NCBI GenBank assembly: GCA_009783675.1
Contig: WRDA01000002.1
Location: forward strand, 1-34,868
Direction: 5' to 3'
DNA length: 34,868 nt
Origin: Symbiobacteriaceae bacterium
GTDB lineage: Bacteria; Bacillota; JAAYKD01; WRDA01
Shown piece by piece: positions 18,012 to 26,693 of this stretch (the stretch's first letter is position 1; the number at the start of each line of letters is the position of its first letter). The position numbers were made by a program, and so were the translations under genes. The notes under the pieces were generated by a model that did not search any database, had not been told where the DNA came from, and was given only the letters and a program-made list of their open reading frames with translations.

Positions 18012-19340
18012 GTGAACAGAGAAGAGGTTAAAGCAAAGGTATGTGCAGCAATCGATGCACATCGCGATGAAATCATGGCTATAGGCGAATCAATCTTCGC
18101 CGATCCGGAACTGGGTTACAAGGAGTTTAATGCCGCTGCCAAAGTCAGAGCAGTCTTCGAGGAGTTGGGCCTGGCTTACCGTGATCAGGTTGCTTTAACA
18201 GGAGTGGTTGCGCCCCTAAAGGGAAGAGAAAGCACCCTGAGAATCGCCGTAATGGGAGAGCTGGATGCTGTGGTTGCTCCCGGTCATCGATGTGCCCATC
18301 CACTTACTGGCGCTGCTCACTCCTGTGGCCACAACGCGCAGATCGCAGCCCTGATCGGAGTCGCCTATGGACTGGTGACCTCAGGAGCCATGGAAGAGCT
18401 TAACGGAGATGTGGTTCTCATGGCAGTACCAGCCGAAGAGTATGTGGAAATCGAGTATCGTAATAAACTGCGTAACGAAGGTAAAATTACATTCCTGGGA
18501 GGGAAACAGGAGTTCGTCCACTTGGGAGAGATGGATGAAATCGACATGATGATCATGCATCATCTAACTCCGACTACCGATTCTGCTGATGGGTTGGCTG
18601 TCAAAGCCCGTGTGGGTGGCGGTTCCAACGGCTTTGTCGGCAAGCTGATCCGCTATCTTGGCAAAGAGGCGCATGCAGGAGGGGCTCCACATATGGGTGT
18701 CAATGCTCTAAATGCAGCACTACTTGGTATGATGGCCATACATGCCCAGAGGGAGACCTTTCAGGATAAGGATCACATCCGAGTTCACCCTATCATGACC
18801 AAGGGAGGCGATCTGGTCAATGTAATCCCTGCTGATGTTCGCCTGGAAACCTATGTCAGAGGCGCGACCATGGAAGCTATTCTCGATGCCTCGAAGAAGG
18901 TTAACCGGGCGCTGGAATCTGGCGCTATGGCAGTTGGTGCTGAGTGTCAGATCATAGAACTGCCTGGTTATCTGCCACTCCTGAATGACCCGGCGATGAC
19001 CGACGTAATGTATCGTAATCTGGTGGCTTTGTTAGGTGCTGACCATGTGAAGGTGAGCAATGATGCTGGCGGAGGTTCTACGGATGCCGGAGATATTTCC
19101 TATCTGATGCCTACCCTGCACCCATATATTGGAGGCGCTGAGGGCATAGGACACAGCGAAAACTATGAGATTACAGACAGGGAACTGGCATATATCGTTT
19201 CTGCCAAGGCCTTGGCCATGGCAGTAGTCGATCTTCTCGCCGAGGGTGCAGAACTGGGCTTGCGCATAAAGAACGAATTCAAACCAACTCTGACCAAAGA
19301 GGGATATCTGGCTATGTGGGACGAGTTTGTGACAAAGTAA
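18012..19340 (+). CDS. M20-family amidohydrolase/metallopeptidase (AbgB/PM20D2-like)
   Basis: 442 aa. The HSCGHNAQIAALIG motif and overall layout fit M20 amidohydrolases. GTG start after an AAGGAGAG SD. Confidence 0.75.
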   Translation: MNREEVKAKVCAAIDAHRDEIMAIGESIFADPELGYKEFNAAAKVRAVFEELGLAYRDQVALTGVVAPLKGRESTLRIAVMGELDAVVAPGHRCAHPLTGAAHSCGHNAQIAALIGVAYGLVTSGAMEELNGDVVLMAVPAEEYVEIEYRNKLRNEGKITFLGGKQEFVHLGEMDEIDMMIMHHLTPTTDSADGLAVKARVGGGSNGFVGKLIRYLGKEAHAGGAPHMGVNALNAALLGMMAIHAQRETFQDKDHIRVHPIMTKGGDLVNVIPADVRLETYVRGATMEAILDASKKVNRALESGAMAVGAECQIIELPGYLPLLNDPAMTDVMYRNLVALLGADHVKVSNDAGGGSTDAGDISYLMPTLHPYIGGAEGIGHSENYEITDRELAYIVSAKALAMAVVDLLAEGAELGLRIKNEFKPTLTKEGYLAMWDEFVTK

Positions 19341-19359
19341 ATATATAAGGAGTGACAGT

Positions 19360-20502
19360 ATGCAACGACGCATCATGGGTAAACTTGGACATGAGGTCTC
19401 ATTACTTGGGTTCGGAGCTATGCGCCTTCCTCTGTTGGATAGCAGCGATAGCAAATCCATCGACTTTACTGAAACCACAAGAATGATTCGCGCGGCTATT
19501 GATGGCGGGGTATCCTACATTGATTCGGCTTATGTGTATCATGGTGGTATGTCTGAAGTTGCTTTAGCCAAGGCTCTTACCGATGGCTATCGAGAGAGAG
19601 TCTTCCTGGCGACCAAGAGTCCGACCTGGATGCTTAAAACACCTGAAGACTTCGATAGGTATCTCGAAGAGTCCTTACAAAGGTTGGAGACGGACTGCAT
19701 CGACTTCTATCTGCAGCATTCACTGAGCCGGGATGGTTGGCAACAATTTAAGGAGATGGATTTGTTCCAGCGCGGACAGGCTGCCAAGGCTGCAGGTAAG
19801 ATCCGCTACTTTGGCTTTTCCTTCCATGATAGTCTTGACGTATTTCAGGAGATCCTGGATGCGTACCCCTGGGATTTCTGCCAGATTCAATATAACTATC
19901 TGGATGTAGATTACCAGGCAGGGAAAGCCGGGCTTCAGGCTGCCGCGGCCAGAGGCATTCCGGTCATCGTCATGGAACCGTTGCGCGGCGGTCGTCTGGC
20001 TTCCGGAATACCCGATGAGATTGGGGAGATGCTAAGCAGCATGCATCCGGATCGATCACCAGTGGAGTGGGCTATACGATGGCTTGCCGATCAGCCGGGA
20101 GCCACTGTCATCCTCTCTGGCATGAGTACCCTGGAACAGGTTGAGCAAAACGTGGCGATCACCAGCAGTGAGGAGCTGACTGTGGGATGTATGAGCAGTG
20201 AGGAACAGAGCCTGATAAGTGAGGTTGCTTCCCTTTGGCGTAAACGTATAAAGGTCCCCTGCACCGAGTGTCAGTACTGTTCAGCTTGTCCTCAGGGCAT
20301 CAATATTCCGGAGTTATTCTCGGGATACAACAGTGCTTCCATGTTCGACACCTGGGATCAAGCCAGGAAACGTTACGCAAGCCTGGTGGGTGAAAAGAAA
20401 GATGCCACTGTCTGTATCGCCTGCGGTGCTTGCGAAAGTGTCTGTCCTCAGCATATCCCCATCATCGAGACGCTAAAAACCATTGACAAGGCTTTACATT
20501 GA
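19360..20502 (+). CDS. aldo/keto reductase fused to a C-terminal 4Fe-4S ferredoxin-type domain
   Basis: 380 aa. The N-terminus LGFGAMRLP...IDSAYVYHGG is AKR-like. The C-terminus carries CTECQYCSACP and CIACGACESVCP cysteine clusters. Confidence 0.8.
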   Translation: MQRRIMGKLGHEVSLLGFGAMRLPLLDSSDSKSIDFTETTRMIRAAIDGGVSYIDSAYVYHGGMSEVALAKALTDGYRERVFLATKSPTWMLKTPEDFDRYLEESLQRLETDCIDFYLQHSLSRDGWQQFKEMDLFQRGQAAKAAGKIRYFGFSFHDSLDVFQEILDAYPWDFCQIQYNYLDVDYQAGKAGLQAAAARGIPVIVMEPLRGGRLASGIPDEIGEMLSSMHPDRSPVEWAIRWLADQPGATVILSGMSTLEQVEQNVAITSSEELTVGCMSSEEQSLISEVASLWRKRIKVPCTECQYCSACPQGINIPELFSGYNSASMFDTWDQARKRYASLVGEKKDATVCIACGACESVCPQHIPIIETLKTIDKALH

Positions 20503-20541
20503 ATAACTAACGACAGATCTGAGAGGAAAGAGGGTAGTATC

Positions 20542-21762
20542 ATGCAGCAACGTCAAATGGGTTCTCTGGGAGAACAGGTGTCCCTGCTGGGTTTTGGAGC
20601 CATGCGTCTGCCAACCATAAATGGGGAGAACAGCAAGATCGATGCACCTGAAGCCATACGAATGATGCGACATGCTTTCGATAACGGTGTTAATTACGTC
20701 GATTCCGCTTGGGGATATCACGGAGGTAATTCGGAACTTATCGTCGCACAGGCTCTAAGAGATGGATATCGTCAGCGCGTACAATTGGCGACTAAGAGTC
20801 CGACCTGGCTCCTGGAAACAGCAGAGGATTTTAGCTCCTATCTGGATCGCCAGTTGCAGAAACTCGAAACCGACCATATCGACTATTACCTACAACACGG
20901 TTTAGGACGAGATCGCTGGTTAAAGTACAAGGAACTTGGTGTCTTTGCAGCGGCTCAGAGAGCCAAGGATCAAGGAAAGATCAAGCACTATGGTTTCAGT
21001 TTCCATGACAAAGCAGAAACTTTTCAGGAGATAATTGCAGAGTACCCCTGGGATTTTTGTCAGATCCAGTATAACTACCTGGATGTGGACAACCAAGCGG
21101 GTCGTCAGGGGTTGCAGGCTGCTCACGCCAAGGGGATGGCGGTGGTCGTCATGGAACCCTTAAGGGGTGGACGCCTGGCTGCAGGGCTGCCTTCTCAGAT
21201 CAGCGAGATGTTGCAAAGAGGGGAACGAGAGCTGCAGGATCAGGTGGTGCAGCGCCATCCTGCGGAGTTTGTCGATGTGCATCGTTTTATTTTTGAACAT
21301 GGTAACGAGTTTACTCATCCGGTAGAATGGGCTTTTCGATGGTTGGCTGATCAGCCGGAAGTGTCTCTGATCCTATCCGGGATGAGCACCATGGCACAGG
21401 TGGAGCATAACCTCGCTATCTGCAGTTTACCAGGCATGGTGACAGGTAACATGAGTCCGGAGGAACGCAACCTCCTCGCTGCTGTAGCCAAAGCCTGGCA
21501 GGCCCGCATCAAGGTGAACTGTACCGATTGCAAATATTGCATGCCCTGCCCCCAGGGTGTGGATATTCCAGCCTGCTTCTCCCGCTATAATACGGCAGCC
21601 ATGTTCGATGCCTGGGAGCAGGGTAAAAAAAGCTATTCCCGCCTTAGCGAAGAGCAGCATGATGCCAGCCATTGCATAGCTTGTGGAGCATGTGAGGCAG
21701 CTTGTCCTCAGAAACTGAGCATAATCAACGCACTAAAGGAACTCGATGCAGCTTTGCGTTGA
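20542..21762 (+). CDS. aldo/keto reductase fused to a C-terminal 4Fe-4S ferredoxin-type domain (tandem paralog)
   Basis: 406 aa and collinear with the preceding gene (LGFGAMRLP, FCQIQYNYLDVD, VMEPLRGGRLA, CTDCKYCMPCP, CIACGACEAACP). It has an extra internal segment. Confidence 0.8.
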   Translation: MQQRQMGSLGEQVSLLGFGAMRLPTINGENSKIDAPEAIRMMRHAFDNGVNYVDSAWGYHGGNSELIVAQALRDGYRQRVQLATKSPTWLLETAEDFSSYLDRQLQKLETDHIDYYLQHGLGRDRWLKYKELGVFAAAQRAKDQGKIKHYGFSFHDKAETFQEIIAEYPWDFCQIQYNYLDVDNQAGRQGLQAAHAKGMAVVVMEPLRGGRLAAGLPSQISEMLQRGERELQDQVVQRHPAEFVDVHRFIFEHGNEFTHPVEWAFRWLADQPEVSLILSGMSTMAQVEHNLAICSLPGMVTGNMSPEERNLLAAVAKAWQARIKVNCTDCKYCMPCPQGVDIPACFSRYNTAAMFDAWEQGKKSYSRLSEEQHDASHCIACGACEAACPQKLSIINALKELDAALR

Positions 21763-21802
21763 TGTCGTTTGGCTCATGATGCCACAGAGAGGGTCGATCT
21801 AA

Positions 21803-22654
21803 GTGCGTTTAGGGTATCATATGCCTACCTCTGGTGGGTATACCAGGCAGTTATCAATTGCCACAGAGATAGGTGCAGAATGCCTGCAGGTCTTTGTCGG
21901 GAGCCCTACTACCTGGCGAATGAGTGCTCCCGATGCAGCAGCTCTCGGGAGTTCAGCAGATCTGGTCAGGGACGCAGGTATCTTTCCTCTTGTCGTCCAC
22001 GGCGCATATCTGATCAATATGGCATCTAAGGACGAAGACAATTTTAGGAAATCCCATGACCTAATTCAGGAGTCACTACATAGAGCCTCCCTGCTGAGGG
22101 CACCTTATCTGGTAATTCATGTGGGAAGTCATGGTGGTGCAGGTCTTGAATATGGCTATGAACGTATAAGCGAAATGCTTGAAAGTCTGCGCACGGACTG
22201 GCCTGATGATGTTTGTCTGCTCCTGGAGAATACCGCCGGTAGCGGTAACACCATTGGCAGTAGTTTTCAGGAACTTGGAGAGATCAGAAGGCGTGCCGGA
22301 GACCCACCATGGATAGGCATTTGCCTGGATACTTGTCATGCCTTTTCAGCAGGATACCCTGTCAACGATAGTAAAGGGTGGCGGGAGACTCTGGATATTT
22401 TCGACGCTGTGATAGGTTTATCAGCTCTAAAGATTCTTCATCTTAATGACTCCCTGACACCATTTGCTTCCCGCAAAGACCGACATGCCAACATAGGAGA
22501 AGGCAGTATAGGAGTCGGAGGCTTCCGAGCAATGATGACTATGACCGCCTTGGTAGGTTTACCAGGCATTTTGGAGACACCGGACAATGGCGACTATGCG
22601 GGGTATAGACGGGACATTTCGTTACTTAAGCAGTTACGTCTGGAATCAGCCTGA
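21803..22654 (+). CDS. nfo: deoxyribonuclease IV (endonuclease IV, AP endonuclease)
   Basis: 283 aa. The N-terminus MRLGYHMPTSGGY, plus VIHVGSH, LLENTAGSG, CLDTCHAF and HLNDS, are the Endo IV metal-site motifs. Confidence 0.85.
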   Translation: MRLGYHMPTSGGYTRQLSIATEIGAECLQVFVGSPTTWRMSAPDAAALGSSADLVRDAGIFPLVVHGAYLINMASKDEDNFRKSHDLIQESLHRASLLRAPYLVIHVGSHGGAGLEYGYERISEMLESLRTDWPDDVCLLLENTAGSGNTIGSSFQELGEIRRRAGDPPWIGICLDTCHAFSAGYPVNDSKGWRETLDIFDAVIGLSALKILHLNDSLTPFASRKDRHANIGEGSIGVGGFRAMMTMTALVGLPGILETPDNGDYAGYRRDISLLKQLRLESA

Positions 22655-22670
22655 TGAACAGAGGTGATTT

Positions 22671-24620
22671 ATGCCTTTCGCCATCGATGAAGAACTAAAG
22701 CTGCTCCCCGACAAGCCTGGAGTTTACCTGATGAAGAACGCTATCGGACAGGTGATCTATATCGGGAAGGCAGTAAACCTCCGCTCCAGGGTACGATCGT
22801 ATTTTCAGTCACGACATTTAGATACGAAGACAGTGCTTCTGGTGCAAAACATTGCTTCTTTCGAGACGATCGTCGTCGCCAGTGAACTGGAAGCGTTGAT
22901 TCTCGAGAGTAACATGATTAAACAGCACCAACCCCATTACAATATCTTACTCCGTGATGATCATCATTATCCCTTCCTGCGTCTATCCATCCAGGACCCC
23001 TTCCCTCGTCTGACGGTGGTGCATCGCATGGATAAAGACGGTGCTCGTTACTTCGGTCCTTTTCCCGGGCGAACTGTCTATCCAACCCTGGAAGCTCTCA
23101 AGAAGGTCTTCCCTTTGAGAACCTGCAATAGATCCCTGCCAGCTCAGACACCACAGCGTGCCTGTCTGGATCACCATATCAAGAGATGCAGTGGTCCCTG
23201 TATCGGAGCCATCAGTGAAGCAGACTACCGGCTGATGCTAAAACCTTTAACACTCTTCCTAGAAGGCAAACGAGATGAGTTATCCAGCCTTCTACAGGAG
23301 GATATGGAAACAGCAGCTTCCGACATGAACTTCGAGCGTGCTGCGACCATACGTGACCAGTTGCGAGCAATTCAACGCCTCCAGGAAACTCAACGTGTCG
23401 AAGGAAACCTGGAGGAGGATATGGATATCATTGCCATGGCACGTAAAGATAATGAAGCTCAGGTAGTAGTTGTCTTCCATCGAGAGGGTAAAGTAATCGG
23501 AAGATCCAATTTCGCCATGACTGGCATAGTCGACCAGGATCGCAGTGATATATTGACCTCTTTCGTGAAGCAGTATTATCTGGGAGCCGAAAGTATCCCT
23601 CCACAGATAATTCTTCAGGATGAACTGCTATCTGATGAGCATGAAGTCATTCGCAGGTGGATCGCCGAGAAACGCGGCGGGAAGGTTACCATCCGTGTTC
23701 CTCAGAGAGGCGAAAGAGTAGAACTGGTGGAGTTGGCGGCAAAAAACGCGCTGCAGGTTCTTAGCCGTGATCAGATCAGACGCAACAATGACAGACAGGA
23801 AGCAGCTCAGGCGTTGGAAGAGCTGGCAGAACACCTTAAATTGCCGCAGGCTCCCTGGCGTATCGAAGCCTATGATATATCCAACACTCAGGGGAACTAC
23901 TCAGTGGCTTCCATGGTAGTCTTTGAACAGGGTATCCCGGCTCGTAAAGAGTATCGTCGATTTCGCATCAAGCTGGTGGAGGGGCCCAATGATTATGCGT
24001 CGATGCAAGAGGTTCTTTCGAGAAGATTCAGGCGAGCTACAGACGAAAAAGTTGCTCTCTCCGAAGGACGGTTACTACAAAGTCAGATAAAATTCGCCAA
24101 TCTCCCTGACCTGGTTCTGATCGATGGTGGAAAAGGACAGCTGCAGGCCGCGCGAGAGAGCATGAAGGAAACTGGTTACCTGGAGATAACTACAATAGGC
24201 CTGGCTAAGCAACATGAATTAATCTATCTTGAAGGGCATCGCATGCCTCTGAACTTAAGTCATCGCAGTAAAGCTCTGCACTTACTGCAAAGGATACGCG
24301 ACGAAGCTCATCGCTACGCAGTAAGCTACCATCGTGACTTACGGGATGACTCGGCATTAAACTCTGCACTGGAGCAGATACCAGGGATTGGTAAAACCCG
24401 AGTTCGACTTCTGTTGAAAACATACGGAGGATTGGATAAACTCGCTCTAGCCAGTGTGGAGGAATTATCGGATCTCAAGGGTATGAGCGTGAAGTCTGCT
24501 GAAGCCGTGCATGCTTTCCTGCGCCTGAAATACGGTGAAGGTGTCGGAGAGAGATACAGAGAACATGCAAAAGAGGATCTCCTGATCGCGGATAAGGAAA
24601 AGCTTCCATCATCACCTTGA
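22671..24620 (+). CDS. uvrC: excinuclease ABC subunit C
   Basis: 649 aa. The GIY-YIG N-terminus (PGVYLMKN..GQVIYIGKAVNLRSRVRSY), a UVR domain (FERAATIRDQLRAIQ), an Endo V-like domain and a C-terminal (HhH)2 region (IPGIGKTRVRLLL) are all present. Confidence 0.95.
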   Translation: MPFAIDEELKLLPDKPGVYLMKNAIGQVIYIGKAVNLRSRVRSYFQSRHLDTKTVLLVQNIASFETIVVASELEALILESNMIKQHQPHYNILLRDDHHYPFLRLSIQDPFPRLTVVHRMDKDGARYFGPFPGRTVYPTLEALKKVFPLRTCNRSLPAQTPQRACLDHHIKRCSGPCIGAISEADYRLMLKPLTLFLEGKRDELSSLLQEDMETAASDMNFERAATIRDQLRAIQRLQETQRVEGNLEEDMDIIAMARKDNEAQVVVVFHREGKVIGRSNFAMTGIVDQDRSDILTSFVKQYYLGAESIPPQIILQDELLSDEHEVIRRWIAEKRGGKVTIRVPQRGERVELVELAAKNALQVLSRDQIRRNNDRQEAAQALEELAEHLKLPQAPWRIEAYDISNTQGNYSVASMVVFEQGIPARKEYRRFRIKLVEGPNDYASMQEVLSRRFRRATDEKVALSEGRLLQSQIKFANLPDLVLIDGGKGQLQAARESMKETGYLEITTIGLAKQHELIYLEGHRMPLNLSHRSKALHLLQRIRDEAHRYAVSYHRDLRDDSALNSALEQIPGIGKTRVRLLLKTYGGLDKLALASVEELSDLKGMSVKSAEAVHAFLRLKYGEGVGERYREHAKEDLLIADKEKLPSSP

Positions 24621-24653
24621 CTCCAGGCAGATCCGTCAAAGGATGGTATAGCT

Positions 24654-25445
24654 ATGAGTAATAACAGCCCGGTATCTCTGCGCCAGCTGACTAACAGTGG
24701 GGGAGTGACTCTGCTACCAAACCTGCTTCTGGATGCTTATCATTACTACGAGCTAAGTGGCGATGAGTTGATTCTCCTTATCCACCTCATTCGCTGTCAG
24801 GACTCTGCCAGTGGAAGTGATTTGCCTCTCAGTGACTATCTAATGGAAAAAATGCGTCGCAGTCGTGGCGAGATTACCATGTTACTGCAAAGTTTACAGG
24901 TCAAGGGTTTTTTACATTTGGCGAAGGACGCTGGACAGATGAAACCTCAGGATACCCCTCTACACTTTCTTTACAGTAGCCTCATCAGCTGGACAGAAAT
25001 ACCTGAGGATAAGAGGGAAGTTCAGGAAAAGGATCCCTTCCTCGAGTTGGTTCAGCTTTTCGAAAAATACTTCCGGTATATGAACGAGTTTGAGTACCAA
25101 CGTATGCGGGAATGGCTGACCGAGGATCAATGGGACCCGGAAGTAATCCGTGAAGCTTTACGCATTGCGGCGCTTAATAAGATTTTGAACTTCAAATATA
25201 TCGATCGCATTCTCCTCAACTGGCAAATACAGGGAGTTCACACTCTGGCTGATGTCGAAGCCGCTAATAATGATCATCAGTCTCGCAGACAGCAAGCCAG
25301 AGGTGATGAGACAGCAGTTAACCAGACACAGCCAGTGTCAAAGAGTCGCAGGCGCGGCGTACCACTGTTTAGGGTCGGTAGTATTAACCAGACCGAGGAA
25401 ACCAGTGTAGAAAGGAAGAAGAGGTTTGATCGACTCATTGAGTGA
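24654..25445 (+). CDS. DnaD-domain replication initiation/primosome protein (Bacillus DnaB/DnaD family)
   Basis: 263 aa. The C-terminal half has the DnaD/DnaB_2 pattern (EYQRMREWLTEDQWDPEVIREALRIAALNKILNFKYIDRILLNWQIQGVHTLADVEA). It sits directly upstream of a dnaI-like gene, as in the Bacillus dnaB-dnaI operon. Confidence 0.7.
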   Translation: MSNNSPVSLRQLTNSGGVTLLPNLLLDAYHYYELSGDELILLIHLIRCQDSASGSDLPLSDYLMEKMRRSRGEITMLLQSLQVKGFLHLAKDAGQMKPQDTPLHFLYSSLISWTEIPEDKREVQEKDPFLELVQLFEKYFRYMNEFEYQRMREWLTEDQWDPEVIREALRIAALNKILNFKYIDRILLNWQIQGVHTLADVEAANNDHQSRRQQARGDETAVNQTQPVSKSRRRGVPLFRVGSINQTEETSVERKKRFDRLIE

Positions 25446-26436
25446 AGCTGCGTTGATCAAAGCACAGACTGAAAGAGATAAGCGTATTGCAACACTAAGA
25501 GAACAGCATCCTGAGCTTCTGGGTGTCGAAACTGCCTTGCTTCAGGAGTTGAGCCTTCTCCCACGGGCTCTGACCAGGGATTCTGAAGGTAACTCTTCAT
25601 ATCCTGAAAACACTCTTGAACAGGGGCTTTCACGGCTGGGAAGACTGCGTAAACAACGAATGGAGCTGTTAGAATCCCTGGGTTTGCCCGATGATTATGC
25701 CGCTCCTGTTTACCGTTGCCCTGTCTGCCACGATCGGATGGTAATCCGCAGGGGAGACTCATGGGTTGCCTGCGAGTGTTTTCATGAACAACGAGCAGCA
25801 CTTGGCAGGGAAAGAGCTGGGATAAGCCAGAGGATGAAAGAGCAGACCTTCGCCACATTTTCTCTAGACTTCTACTCTGATGAATGCCTCAGAGGGGAAC
25901 AAGAGAGCAAATACAGTCGTGCACTAAAGGTCGTTGATGCATGTCAGCAGCTGGTTCTGGACCTGGTCGACGCTAAAGTGGAGTACGGTCTCTACATCTT
26001 TGGTAATCCCGGGGTGGGGAAGACCCATTTGGTGGCAGCTATGGCCAATAGTCTGATTGCTGAAGGTATAGATGTCCGTTATACTGTCTCTTCCACTCTC
26101 CTGGTAAATATTCGCGCAACTTACGATAAGGATAACAGCGAAGCCACAGGGAATGAAGGTTACATTCTCACGGACCTGGCTACGGTTCCTCTTCTGTTTC
26201 TGGATGATCTGGGTGTGGAGCGCTTCACTTCCTGGGAGGTGGAGAAACTCTATGGATTGATTAATCAGAGATATTTAGCGAAGCTACCGACTGTGTTCAC
26301 CTCGAATCTGCCCTTGGATAATCTTGAAGAAGAGATGGGGCCAGGAGGCACAGCGACAAGAATAGTCTCGAGAATTGCTGAGAGTTGTCGAGTGTTTCTC
26401 CTCGACGGAGAGGATCTTCGTTTTCATCGAAGATGA
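25426..26436 (+). CDS. dnaI: DnaI/DnaC-type replicative helicase loader (IstB-like AAA+ ATPase)
   Basis: 336 aa. It has Walker A GNPGVGKTHL, Walker B LLFLDDLG, and an N-terminal Cys/His cluster (CPVCHDRM...CECFH) like the DnaI zinc domain. The TTG start overlaps the upstream gene by 20 nt. Confidence 0.75.
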   Translation: MIDSLSEAALIKAQTERDKRIATLREQHPELLGVETALLQELSLLPRALTRDSEGNSSYPENTLEQGLSRLGRLRKQRMELLESLGLPDDYAAPVYRCPVCHDRMVIRRGDSWVACECFHEQRAALGRERAGISQRMKEQTFATFSLDFYSDECLRGEQESKYSRALKVVDACQQLVLDLVDAKVEYGLYIFGNPGVGKTHLVAAMANSLIAEGIDVRYTVSSTLLVNIRATYDKDNSEATGNEGYILTDLATVPLLFLDDLGVERFTSWEVEKLYGLINQRYLAKLPTVFTSNLPLDNLEEEMGPGGTATRIVSRIAESCRVFLLDGEDLRFHRR

Positions 26437-26487
26437 AGATGCCAGGCTTTCGGCTGTTCCCTTACTCTCAGCTTTTGCATGTAGAAG

Positions 26488-26528
26488 CTCCTCTTTTTAA
26501 GCCTGGGCTTAAAAAGAGGAGTTTCTTT
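26488..26528 (+). terminator. strong Rho-independent terminator
   Basis: ctcctctttttaag and cttaaaaagaggag form a 14-16 bp perfect stem, followed by tttcttt, 52 nt after the dnaI-like stop. Confidence 0.85.
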
Positions 26529-26582
26529 ACATTATCCAGACCAATGTGGCACATCTCCAGATAAGGCCATCATCACTATCAT

Positions 26583-26591
26583 TTATCCACA
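26583..26591 (+). promoter_or_regulatory. perfect DnaA-box 9-mer TTATCCACA
   Basis: An exact consensus 9-mer lies at 26583-26591, with an 8/9 copy (TTATCCAGA) at 26532-26540 in the same orientation. Both are in the intergenic region. This is sequence-level only. Confidence 0.35.
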
Positions 26592-26637
26592 CCCTTTTAA
26601 AACATAATATATACGATAATATTTTCTAACTTAACTA

Positions 26638-26666
26638 TTGACATATGGACACCATGATGATATAAT
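26638..26666 (+). promoter_or_regulatory. consensus sigma-70 promoter
   Basis: TTGACA (26638-26643), an exact 17-nt spacer, then TATAAT (26661-26666). An AT-rich tract precedes it (about 26598-26637). A GAGGAGGG SD at 26680-26687 and the ATG at 26694 follow. Confidence 0.7.
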
Positions 26667-26693
26667 CCCTTCAGAAGACGAGGAGGGATATAG

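Noticed and set aside
26532-26640. Possible replication origin: DnaA boxes next to an AT-rich tract.
   Set aside because: There is only one perfect and one near-perfect box, no dnaA/dnaN neighbourhood, and the AT-rich tract is better explained as the UP region of the adjacent consensus promoter. I kept it only as a possible DnaA-regulated promoter.
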